Positions 8,443-16,954 of a stretch of 64,000 bases of DNA are shown here, one piece after another. The stretch's first letter is position 1. Every line of letters starts with the position of its first letter. Under the pieces are notes generated by a model. It was not told the origin of the DNA. It saw only the letters and a list, made by a program, of their open reading frames with translations, and ran no database searches. Location of the stretch: contig DLKT01000045.1 in the NCBI GenBank assembly GCA_002477825.1, forward strand, positions 2,126 through 66,125, given 5' to 3'. The DNA is from Bacillales bacterium UBA7581 (GTDB lineage: Bacteria; Bacillota_I; Bacilli_A; RFN20; CAG-826). The position numbers and the translations under genes are program-made.

Positions 8443-10747
8443 CCTTTGTCATGTGACGGACTCTTGCTTGAACTTCTGCTCTTTTCGCATCATTAAAGCG
8501 ATCTAATGTACCCACTAAATAACCGGTGATACGACGAATTCTTTCAAAAGCAACGTCTTCTTCTTTACGTCCACAGCATGGGCAAACGTTATCAATGATG
8601 CCGGAATAACCGCAAACTGGGTCGCGGTCTAATGGGTGGTTAACCGAACCATAACCAATACCTTCATCATGCATACAACGAATAATTCTTTCAAACGCTT
8701 CTTCGTTTTTCGCTACGTCGCCATCTACTTCAACATAAGTAATATGGCCACCATTGGTTAAGAAGTTATAAGGTGCTTCACGATGAATCTTTTCAAAGAT
8801 TCCAATTGGATAATAAACAGGAATATGGAAAGAGTTCGTATAGAATTCACGGTCGGTTACACCTGGGATTTTACCATAACGTTTCGCATCAATCTTCACA
8901 AAACGTCCAGATAATCCTTCCGCTGGTGTGGCGATTAATGAGAAATTGAGGTGATATTGTTCGGTATAACGATCGGTAGCTTCTCTCATATGAGAAATGA
9001 TTTTAATACCTAATTCTTGGGCTTCATCGGATTCACCATGGTGTTTTCCAATTAAAGCTTTTAAAGTTTCAGCTAAACCAATAAAACCAATGGTTAAGGT
9101 ACCATGAATTAAAACTGGTCCTACTTCATCATCATATTTTAATTTATCGGAATCAAGCCATACACCTTGTCCCATTAAGAATGGGAAGTTATACACGTGT
9201 TTATGGTATTGAATTTTATATCTTTCTAATAATTGATCTTTTACTAAATTAAGCATTTCATCTAAAGAATGGAAGAATTTATCTAAATCACCTTTAGCTT
9301 CAATAGCTAAACGAGGCAAATTGATGGATGTAAAGGATAAATTACCACGTCCAGCAGTTACTTCCTTATCTTTCACAACATTGCTCATAACACGGGTTCT
9401 ACAGCCCATATAAGCGATTTCCGAGTTATAGTCGCCTGGTTTATAGAATGGAATATTCATTGGCGCATCAATAAAGGAGAAGTTAGGAAATAAACGTTTT
9501 CCACTACAACGAATTGCTTTTTTATATAAATCGTAGTTAGGATCTCCTGGATTGAAGTTAATACCTTCTTTAACTTTAAAGATTTGAATTGGGAAAATTG
9601 GAGTTTCTCCTCTTCCTAAACCATTCATGGTAGCTTCTAATAATTGATCCATGACCATTCTTCCTTCTTCAGAAGTATCGGTACCATAGTTTAACGAAGA
9701 GAATGGTACTTGTGCACCGGCACGAGAATGCATGGTATTTAAGTTATGGATTAAAGCTTCCATCGCTTGAAGGGTATCGTCTTGTGTTTCGTTATAAGAA
9801 CAATCAATAACCTTCTTCACCAATTTTTCATGAGGAAGTTCAGGATACATTTCGGATAAAACTTCAAATAAAGCTTTTTCGAAATCTTTATTTTTCATAC
9901 GACATTCCGCATGACCTTTTTCTTCAGCTTTTGTAATAATGGTATTTCCCATTTCTTTATCCATACCATCATCGACAAAAAGAGAATAAATCTTTACAAT
10001 ATTGTTTCTTAAGTTTTTACGATAGGATTTTCTTACCCCTAAAGCCATGGCATAGTCAAAGTTAGGAACACTTTGTCCACCATGTTGATCGTTTTGATCG
10101 GCTTGAATTGCGATACACGCTAAAGAGGCATAAGAACGAATGCTATTCGGTTCACGTAAGAAACCATGTCCCGTGGAAAAACCACCATGGAATAATTTAA
10201 TTAAATCGATTTGGCAGCATGTCATCGTTAAGGTATAGAAATCCAAATCGTGAATATGAATATCGCCACGTAAATGAGCATCAGCAAAACGTTTATCTAA
10301 AACGTGAGCGTGATAAAAAGCTTTGGCCGCTTCTGAACCATACTTTAACATGGTGCCCATTGCGGTATCCCCATTAATATTAGCGTTTTCTCTTTTTACG
10401 TCATTATCTTTGGAATCTTGGAAAGTAATATCCCGAAGGGTTTGCATTAAGCAAGTATTTGCTTCCCGAATTCTTGTTCTTTCAGCCCGATAAAGAATAT
10501 AAGCCTTCGCTACATCGAGTTCATCATTCTCCATTAAAACCGTTTCAATTAAATCTTGGACTTGTTCTACAGTTGGTGTTTTTCTTTTGTAGATTTCATC
10601 CATTTTTTGAACGACTTCATCAGTGATTTTCTCTACTTTTTCTTCGTCTTTCTTGCCTTGTGACTCAAAGGCCTTTTCGATGGCTTGGAGAATTTTCTTC
10701 TCATCAAAATTTACTTTTCTACCATCGCGTTTAATAATCTTTTTCAT
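8426..10747 (-). CDS. nrdD: Anaerobic ribonucleoside-triphosphate reductase (class III RNR)
   Basis: 773 aa. N-terminal ATP-cone (IKRDGRKVNFDEKKI), C-terminal Zn-Cys cluster (CGYSG...CPCCG) and glycyl-radical motif RIRRITGYLV. Confidence 0.95.
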   Translation of the reverse strand: MKKIIKRDGRKVNFDEKKILQAIEKAFESQGKKDEEKVEKITDEVVQKMDEIYKRKTPTVEQVQDLIETVLMENDELDVAKAYILYRAERTRIREANTCLMQTLRDITFQDSKDNDVKRENANINGDTAMGTMLKYGSEAAKAFYHAHVLDKRFADAHLRGDIHIHDLDFYTLTMTCCQIDLIKLFHGGFSTGHGFLREPNSIRSYASLACIAIQADQNDQHGGQSVPNFDYAMALGVRKSYRKNLRNNIVKIYSLFVDDGMDKEMGNTIITKAEEKGHAECRMKNKDFEKALFEVLSEMYPELPHEKLVKKVIDCSYNETQDDTLQAMEALIHNLNTMHSRAGAQVPFSSLNYGTDTSEEGRMVMDQLLEATMNGLGRGETPIFPIQIFKVKEGINFNPGDPNYDLYKKAIRCSGKRLFPNFSFIDAPMNIPFYKPGDYNSEIAYMGCRTRVMSNVVKDKEVTAGRGNLSFTSINLPRLAIEAKGDLDKFFHSLDEMLNLVKDQLLERYKIQYHKHVYNFPFLMGQGVWLDSDKLKYDDEVGPVLIHGTLTIGFIGLAETLKALIGKHHGESDEAQELGIKIISHMREATDRYTEQYHLNFSLIATPAEGLSGRFVKIDAKRYGKIPGVTDREFYTNSFHIPVYYPIGIFEKIHREAPYNFLTNGGHITYVEVDGDVAKNEEAFERIIRCMHDEGIGYGSVNHPLDRDPVCGYSGIIDNVCPCCGRKEEDVAFERIRRITGYLVGTLDRFNDAKRAEVQARVRHMTKDDIHG

Positions 10748-10868
10748 AAAAATTACTCCCTAAATACTCTAGTTTCATATCAAAAAGTGCAAAATAAAAC
10801 AACCGGCTCTTCGCCATACTTTCTACCGGCTCTGCCTTATCCTGGCATTACGCGTTAAACGTGACTTT

Positions 10869-10897
10869 ATTATACTAATCAAAATCAAGGGTTGCAA
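10869..10897 (-). promoter_or_regulatory. Candidate nrdDG promoter
   Basis: Minus strand reads TTGCAA - 17 nt - TATAAT. This leaves a 5' leader of about 115 nt that contains an unusually GC-rich block. Confidence 0.5.
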
Positions 10898-11000
10898 CCT
10901 TTTTAAGTCATTTTCTTAATGTAATTTTTTTACAAGCTTTGAAAGAGTTTTCATAGTAGTTTTTTAGTATTTAAAAAACCTTTTATTTATCGGTGAAAAT

Positions 11001-11576
11001 CTATTTTTTTACCTCATGGCAGTGGCGACAGCGGGGTTCGTAACTTTCGCTTGCTCCCACAATAATAATCGGATCATTATAAGAAGCCGGTTCTCCATTC
11101 ACGAGTCTTTGCGTTCGAGTCGCGGGCGCTCCACAGCGCATACAAATCGCGGTTAGCTTAGTGACGTCTTCCGCTAAAGCTAAAAGCTCAGGCATGTTTT
11201 GAAAAGGCTCTCCCCGGAAGTCACGGTCTAAGCCAGCGACGATAACCCGGATGCCGCGGTTAGCAAGATCTTCCGCTACATGAATAATTTCATGGTCTAA
11301 GAATTGCACTTCATCGATGACGACTGCTTCCGTATCACAATCAACGTACTTTAAAATATCTTGAGCGGTTTCAATGTTGATGGAACGCGTTTTAATTTTT
11401 GAGTGAGAAACGATTTCATTCTCAGAATAGCGGTTATCAATTTTAGGTTTAAAGACCAATGTCTTTTTATGTGCATATTCCAAACGTTTAATACGGCGGA
11501 TGAGTTCTTCACTTTTACCTGCAAACATCGGACCCGTGATAACTTCAATCCATCCTTTTTTCCATGATTCTTCCAT
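11001..11576 (-). CDS. tdk: Thymidine kinase
   Basis: [15 protein letters not shown]-loop and C-terminal Zn-ribbon cysteines (CMRCG...CRHCH); 191 aa. Confidence 0.9.
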   Translation of the reverse strand: MEESWKKGWIEVITGPMFAGKSEELIRRIKRLEYAHKKTLVFKPKIDNRYSENEIVSHSKIKTRSINIETAQDILKYVDCDTEAVVIDEVQFLDHEIIHVAEDLANRGIRVIVAGLDRDFRGEPFQNMPELLALAEDVTKLTAICMRCGAPATRTQRLVNGEPASYNDPIIIVGASESYEPRCRHCHEVKK

Positions 11577-11674
11577 ATGGCTTCACCTCTTATATTTTTA
11601 TTCATAGCACAACTCTTTTCATTTGATAAGTATTTTTCTCACTTTTTTCATATATTGTTATGAGGTGATTATTT

Positions 11675-12949
11675 ATGATTCTTTATACCGTAAAAGAAGG
11701 TGATTCTTTATACGAAATTGCCAAGACGTATCATACGACCGTCAATGAAATTGTTTCTGCCAATGGGTTACAAGTTTCCCATACGCTCATTATCGGTCAA
11801 GGGTTAGTGATTCCATCCGAACAAACTGTGCACGTAGTTACAAAAGGTGAGTCTCTTTACTCTATTTCTCAAAAATATGGTGTTACTGTAAGTAGTATCC
11901 TTGACGCTAATCCATATATTCAAAAACCATTCGTTATTTATCCCGGTCAACAAGTCATGATTACGAATGATATGGATCGAAAACGTCCTATGACCGTCAA
12001 TGGTTATATCTTTCCTAAAACCAATGAAGATGAGTATCTCCCTAATGGCGATGCTTTAACCTTTGCTAGTATTTTTGCTTACCATATTCGCGATGATGGT
12101 TCCATCATTCCTATTCAAGATGAGGCCACTATTGCGCGGTTAAACCGCAACGAAATCGCCCCCATCTTAACAGTTACGAACACCGATGAAAAAGGTAGCT
12201 TTTCCACTTCTTTAGCGAGTTTTGTTCTTCGTTCAAGTGATGCTAGAAAAAAATTAGTTGGCGAAATTTATCAAACCATCGTCAACAAAAAATATTATGG
12301 TGTCAATATTGATTTTGAATATGTAAGCCCTGAAGATAAAGACAACTATATCACTTTCCTTTTAGAATTAAGAGATAAATTATCTTATGACTATGAATTC
12401 AGTATCGCCGTTGCTCCAAAGTATTCTAAAAATCAAGAAGGTTTACTTTACGAAGCGCATGATTATAAACGAATTGGAGAAATCGTGGACCGTGTCATCA
12501 TTATGACTTATGAGTGGGGCTATACTTATGGGCCCGCCATGGCAGTTGCTCCGCTTCATTTAGTAAGGAAAGTAGTAGAATATGCCATTCAAGAAATCAA
12601 TCCTGAAAAGATTAATTTAGGCATTCCTACTTATGGTTATGATTTTACACTTCCTTATAAAAAAGGACAAAAAGCCAAATCATTAAGCTATGAAGATGCT
12701 TTAGCGTTAGCCTATAAAGAAAAAGCAAGAATTTATTTTGAAGAAAATTCTGAAACGCCTTATTTCGTTTATTATAAAGAAAATAAAAAGCATATCGTCT
12801 ATTATGAAGACGGAAGAAGTATTGCCGAAAAGATTAATTTAGCGCTCCGCTACCACTTAGGTGGTGTAAGTTTCTGGACTTTGCGTTCACCTTTCCAACA
12901 ATTATGGTCGCTCGTTAACGAAGCTATTGATGTTGTAAAGTATAATTAG
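11675..12949 (+). CDS. LysM x2 + glycoside hydrolase family 18 protein (YaaH/YdhD-like spore peptidoglycan hydrolase)
   Basis: Two LysM repeats (YTVKEGDSLYEIAKTYHTTVNEIVSANGL; HVVTKGESLYSISQKYGVTVSSILDANP) and the GH18 catalytic motif GVNIDFEY. Confidence 0.8.
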   Translation: MILYTVKEGDSLYEIAKTYHTTVNEIVSANGLQVSHTLIIGQGLVIPSEQTVHVVTKGESLYSISQKYGVTVSSILDANPYIQKPFVIYPGQQVMITNDMDRKRPMTVNGYIFPKTNEDEYLPNGDALTFASIFAYHIRDDGSIIPIQDEATIARLNRNEIAPILTVTNTDEKGSFSTSLASFVLRSSDARKKLVGEIYQTIVNKKYYGVNIDFEYVSPEDKDNYITFLLELRDKLSYDYEFSIAVAPKYSKNQEGLLYEAHDYKRIGEIVDRVIIMTYEWGYTYGPAMAVAPLHLVRKVVEYAIQEINPEKINLGIPTYGYDFTLPYKKGQKAKSLSYEDALALAYKEKARIYFEENSETPYFVYYKENKKHIVYYEDGRSIAEKINLALRYHLGGVSFWTLRSPFQQLWSLVNEAIDVVKYN

Positions 12950-12957
12950 ACATAGAA

Positions 12958-12990
12958 AAAGGTACCCTTTCTAATTGAATGGATACCTTT
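12958..12990. terminator. Bidirectional terminator-like hairpin between convergent genes
   Basis: AAAGGTACCC / GGATACCTTT stem (one mismatch), 13-nt loop, T-rich tail on plus and an A-run before it. Confidence 0.45.
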
Positions 12991-13002
12991 TCATTTCTTT
13001 TT

Positions 13003-14547
13003 TTATTTTTCAATAAATAAGGAAAAAACACCATCTTGGGTATAGAAAGTAAGAGTTACACTACAGGAAGTTGCAATATAACCATTATTATCATATTGGC
13101 TCTCATCAATTTCCCAACCTTTTTCTTTTAAAAGTGCTTTGTAGGTATCTTCTAATGCATCTGTACCCACCGTACCTGCATCTTTTACATCAATTTCAAT
13201 AGAGGCAGGGAAAGTATAACCAAGGAATTCGAATTCTTCTTGATAGGTGTATTTATAAGTTTCACCTTCAGCAATACTAAAGCTTGGAACTTCTACTGCA
13301 CCATCTCCTAAGAAAGTTACAATCTTATCTTGGGGGAAGCTTGCAAGTAACTCATCGTATTGTGGTTCAGTAGGTTGAACTAAAATCATAAATACTTTTT
13401 CATCTGCATCGTAACTTAAATAGACACTGACATACTCTTCCCAGTCATAGTAATAATCTAATTCTTGATAAGCATCATAGCCCAATAAGAAATTAGCAGC
13501 AGTTAAACTTGAATCATAACTACTAGAAAGATCACTATCCGAAGTGCCATAAACATAAATGCCTGTTCCATAGAAGAAATAAGTATATTGTCCTGAAACA
13601 GCAAATTCTGGAATTGCTAATTTGCATTCTTCGTTCATAACGGAAGCAATTTCATTAGCTGGCCAAGCATCAACTTTTACTTCTTTAATGATTTGGCTTA
13701 AATACATTGAAATAGAGTTCCCCGCAGAATAATAATCATTTCCTGGAAAATAGCTATATTCAACAACTAAATTATAATCATCATTTGCTTGTACATAATA
13801 TTGATAAATAGTATAACCATAGCTATCATCTTCTGTTGATTTTGTAAATCCAGCATCTTCTAATGCTTCACCATAATTGGTAAGATAGTTTGTGCTCGTT
13901 GCATCCGCAATATAAACACCATCTTCATCGCTAGAATATCCATAATTTTCTGCTAATGCAACAAATGGAATGGTTTTGCTAAATGAAGTATTCATCATTT
14001 CTAATAATTCTGCTGGCCAAGCAGTATCCGTCGTTTGTCCTACATCCTCACCAGTAGAACCGCCATTATCTTCTAACCAAGCAAAGATTTCATTTGTGGC
14101 GACGTAGGTTTCTCCATTTATTGTTGCACCTGGGAAATGATCCAATTGAATAACTAAGTTTCCTTTTGCATAGAAGTAAGCCGTGTAGGAATAGTAATCA
14201 TTTTCTTCTGATTCTTCACTATCATAGGTATAACCTTGAGTTTCTAAGTAAGTGCCATATGCCTCAACAAAATCAGTAGTAGATTCTCCCGAAATGTATA
14301 GATAATCTCCTGTTTCATCGGTTTCTTTAGAAAATTCATAGGTATCTGCTAATTTGACATAAGGAATTTCTTCTTTTAATAGACTATTCATTAAAGTCTT
14401 AAGTTCGCTATCCCATTCACCATCAAACATTGGGTCTTTTACTGTAGAAGTTAGATGAGAGGAATCATCTCCTCCTTCACCATTACAAGACACGAGACCA
14501 AAAAGCAAGAATGGAATCGCTAAAAATAACATTTTCTTTTTCATCAT
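13003..14547 (-). CDS. Acidic Tyr-rich lipoprotein built from four tandem copies of a domain of about 115-125 aa
   Basis: Signal peptide plus lipobox (LLFGLVSC). Repeats start EWDSELKTLMN, AWPAELLEMMN, AWPANEIASVMN and SFPQDKIVTFL, each followed by IP-x-(V/F)...Y...G(Y/F)T. Confidence 0.7.
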   Translation of the reverse strand: MMKKKMLFLAIPFLLFGLVSCNGEGGDDSSHLTSTVKDPMFDGEWDSELKTLMNSLLKEEIPYVKLADTYEFSKETDETGDYLYISGESTTDFVEAYGTYLETQGYTYDSEESEENDYYSYTAYFYAKGNLVIQLDHFPGATINGETYVATNEIFAWLEDNGGSTGEDVGQTTDTAWPAELLEMMNTSFSKTIPFVALAENYGYSSDEDGVYIADATSTNYLTNYGEALEDAGFTKSTEDDSYGYTIYQYYVQANDDYNLVVEYSYFPGNDYYSAGNSISMYLSQIIKEVKVDAWPANEIASVMNEECKLAIPEFAVSGQYTYFFYGTGIYVYGTSDSDLSSSYDSSLTAANFLLGYDAYQELDYYYDWEEYVSVYLSYDADEKVFMILVQPTEPQYDELLASFPQDKIVTFLGDGAVEVPSFSIAEGETYKYTYQEEFEFLGYTFPASIEIDVKDAGTVGTDALEDTYKALLKEKGWEIDESQYDNNGYIATSCSVTLTFYTQDGVFSLFIEK

Positions 14548-14761
14548 TTAACATCCTCTCTTTTTTATTTAATCAATTATTAGCACTTTTACCATGTAAA
14601 TGTCAAATATTTTTCATAAATTTTGCAATATTTTTTCATAAATTGAGGATTTTTTTTGATATTATTCATAAATGTTATGTAAATTATTCGCTTTTTAATG
14701 TTCAAAAAAAGAAGACACTACCGCCATATTGAGCGTTTTAGCATCTTCTCACTTTGCTATA

Positions 14762-14838
14762 TGGTGATCCCTAGGAGGCTCGAACTCCTATTCTTCTCCT
14801 TGAGAGGGAGACGTGTTAACCAGTTCCACTAAGGGACC
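14762..14838 (-). tRNA. tRNA-Glu (anticodon CUC), CCA encoded
   Basis: GGTCCCT acceptor pairs with AGGGATC. Anticodon arm is TCTCC-CTCTCAA-GGAGA and T-arm is AGGAG-TTCGAGC-CTCCT. 77 nt; folded by hand. Confidence 0.85.
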
Positions 14839-14841
14839 ATG

Positions 14842-14869
14842 TACTGCATATTTTAATGGATATGCAGTA
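14842..14869 (-). other. Perfect 10-bp hairpin between the gltX stop and the tRNA-Glu 5' end
   Basis: TACTGCATAT - 8 nt - ATATGCAGTA. No U-run follows on the minus strand, and the tRNA starts 3 nt after the stem. Confidence 0.7.
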
Positions 14870-14880
14870 AAAATACAAGA

Positions 14881-16542
14881 TTATAAAGCAATAACTTTTT
14901 CAATTCTACGGCAAATTTCATCGACGCCAAGAATTTGTAAAATCCAATATAAGTTAGGTGATTGCTTCGATGTAGTTAACGCGACACGAACCATTTCGGC
15001 TACATCACCAATGTGGCCAAGATATAAATCTTTATTTTGTTTGTACGTTTTGCCATTCGGAGCAAAATGATATTTTTCACCTAAAGCTTTTAATGAAGCA
15101 AACCAAGTGCTTTCATCTAAAGAGCTATCATAAGTTTCAATAAATTCTTTTAATAAAGCATTCCGTACATTTTTATCAATGAATTCATTGAATGGTAATT
15201 CTTTTTCTTTCATCATTTCATCATAGAAATCAGCATAGAAGAAACGATTTAAAGTTAATAAATCAGAATATTTTTCATAATCCTTACGAGGATTTTCTTT
15301 TTCTCTTTCAATATTCATGATTCTTTCAAAATAAGCGGGGTCTCTATCGATGACAGCTTGTAATTCTGGATCATAGACTTTTGCCCAAGCATAGGCCTCT
15401 TTTGTAATCTCATGAGCGTTTCTCTTGGATAATCTTTCTTTAGCAATATATTTAAGCTTCATCATATCAAATAAAGCGCCATCTAAAGAAATCTTTTGGA
15501 AAGACATCATAAAGTCATCTAAAGGTGCATTAGGATTTTGTCCGCGCCACTCCTCAAAGTTGGAGTTAGCAATGGTCATTAAATATTCAATTAAAGCATC
15601 AGCGGGATAACCATCTTTTAAGAAGAAGGAAACTGCCGCTTCATCGTCTTTACGTTTGGATAATTTTCTTCTACTTCCATTATCCATTTTCATAATGACT
15701 GGCAAGTGTGCGTAATCTGGACGCTCAAATCCCAAAGCGTCAAATAATTCAATATGAATCGGTAAAGAAGAAATCCATTCTTCGCCTCTTGTAACGGTAG
15801 TGGTATGCATTAAGTGATCATCAATCGCATGTGCAAAGTGATAGGTTGGTAAACCATCGCTTTTTAAAATAACGATATCTTGGTCGTTTTCGGCAATTTC
15901 TAAAGTGCCCCGAATTAAGTCGTGTACCTTTACTTTACGTAAATGATTACCCATGCTCTTAAAACGAATGACGTAAGATTCCCCATTTTGAATCTTTTGA
16001 ATCGCTTCATCAGGCGTTAAGAAACGACATTTTGCATAGTGTTGATAATAACCTGGGATGATCTTATTTCTTTCTTGCATCGTACGAAGTTCTTCTAAAT
16101 CTTTCGCACTGCAGAAACAGGGATACGCTCTTCCTTTTTTAATTAAATCTTTAATAAATACCTTATAAATATAGGCACGGTGAGATTGGGCATAAGGACC
16201 ATAGTTACCTTCTTCATGATCGCCTAAATAACCTTCATCAGGGACAATATTAAAAGCCTTTAATTGGGTTAATAATTCTAAGCCTGAACCTTCAATTTCT
16301 CTTTTGGTATCCGTATCTTCTAATCGAATATAAAAGACACCATGACTTTGATGGGCTAGCTTGGAACCAATCATCGCAGTAAATAAAGAACCGGTATGTA
16401 AAAAGCCAGTTGGCGATGGTGCAAAACGGGTAACTAATGCGCCTTCTGGTAAATCTCTCTTGGGATATTTTTTCTCTAAGTCTTCTGGTGTTTCATGAAT
16501 ATCACCAAAAATTAATTCTGCTAAATCTAATGTTGTAGCCAT
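14881..16542 (-). CDS. gltX: Glutamate--tRNA ligase (long form, about 553 aa)
   Basis: Class I motifs PSPTGFLHTGS (HIGH) and KLSKR (KMSKS). I chose start ATG 16542 (MATTLDL, AGGAAG RBS) over the track start 16596. Confidence 0.9.
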   Translation of the reverse strand: MATTLDLAELIFGDIHETPEDLEKKYPKRDLPEGALVTRFAPSPTGFLHTGSLFTAMIGSKLAHQSHGVFYIRLEDTDTKREIEGSGLELLTQLKAFNIVPDEGYLGDHEEGNYGPYAQSHRAYIYKVFIKDLIKKGRAYPCFCSAKDLEELRTMQERNKIIPGYYQHYAKCRFLTPDEAIQKIQNGESYVIRFKSMGNHLRKVKVHDLIRGTLEIAENDQDIVILKSDGLPTYHFAHAIDDHLMHTTTVTRGEEWISSLPIHIELFDALGFERPDYAHLPVIMKMDNGSRRKLSKRKDDEAAVSFFLKDGYPADALIEYLMTIANSNFEEWRGQNPNAPLDDFMMSFQKISLDGALFDMMKLKYIAKERLSKRNAHEITKEAYAWAKVYDPELQAVIDRDPAYFERIMNIEREKENPRKDYEKYSDLLTLNRFFYADFYDEMMKEKELPFNEFIDKNVRNALLKEFIETYDSSLDESTWFASLKALGEKYHFAPNGKTYKQNKDLYLGHIGDVAEMVRVALTTSKQSPNLYWILQILGVDEICRRIEKVIAL

Positions 16543-16612
16543 AAAAACTTCCTCGCTTCTTACATAGTTTACCATACTCAAAAAAAAAATCATCAAAAGA
16601 ATGAAAAAAAAC

Positions 16613-16640
16613 TTGAAATTTTATTTGAGTATGATATTAT
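16613..16640 (+). promoter_or_regulatory. Candidate promoter of tRNA-Gly
   Basis: TTGAAA - 16 nt - TATTAT, ending 10 nt before the mature tRNA 5' end. Confidence 0.5.
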
Positions 16641-16650
16641 AAATAAGCAC

Positions 16651-16724
16651 GCAGGTGTAGTTCAGTGGTAGAACACTACCTTGCCAAGGTAGTTATGCGG
16701 GTTCGATTCCCGTCACCTGCTCCA
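16651..16724 (+). tRNA. tRNA-Gly (anticodon GCC), CCA encoded
   Basis: GCAGGTG/CACCTGC acceptor, anticodon arm CTACC-TTGCCAA-GGTAG, T-arm GCGGG-TTCGATT-CCCGT; 74 nt. Confidence 0.9.
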
Positions 16725-16736
16725 GTTGGCAATTAA

Positions 16737-16760
16737 GTCCGATAAAATCGGGCTTTTTTT
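16737..16760 (+). terminator. Intrinsic terminator after tRNA-Gly
   Basis: GTCCGAT-AAA-ATCGGGC stem-loop followed by T7. Confidence 0.7.
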
Positions 16761-16954
16761 ATTTTTGTAAGGGAAATGTAAGGGAAAATGCTAGGGAAAA
16801 ATTTTTAAATACTTTTAAAATTTCAAAAATGATGCAATTTCTATGAACTGCACCCGCTCATTATCTTTTATTTACCTTTCTTTTTTTAATTTAAAAAATA
16901 TTTAATTCTTTCAAAAATAAAAGGCTATAGGAACTTTCCTATAACCTCATTTTT

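Noticed and set aside
10790-10880. Small RNA gene (SRP/4.5S RNA-like: CCAGG...AAGGCAG) or cobalamin riboswitch in the tdk-nrdD spacer
   Set aside because: The conserved SRP domain IV sequence (GGUCCGGAAGGAAGCAGCC-like) and a B12 box are both absent. Position and orientation fit an nrdD 5' leader better, so I report it as an unclassified leader element instead.
10748-10900. NrdR boxes upstream of nrdD
   Set aside because: No pair of 16-bp palindromes resembling ACACTATATATAGTGT at about 31-bp spacing could be found by eye. CTAAATACTCTAG near the RBS is not a true palindrome.
16597-16650. T-box leader for gltX, and similarly for cysK at 4307-4414
   Set aside because: The upstream non-coding regions are only about 100 nt and partly occupied by divergent promoters. 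That is too short for a T-box or S-box element, and no specifier or T-box sequence was seen.
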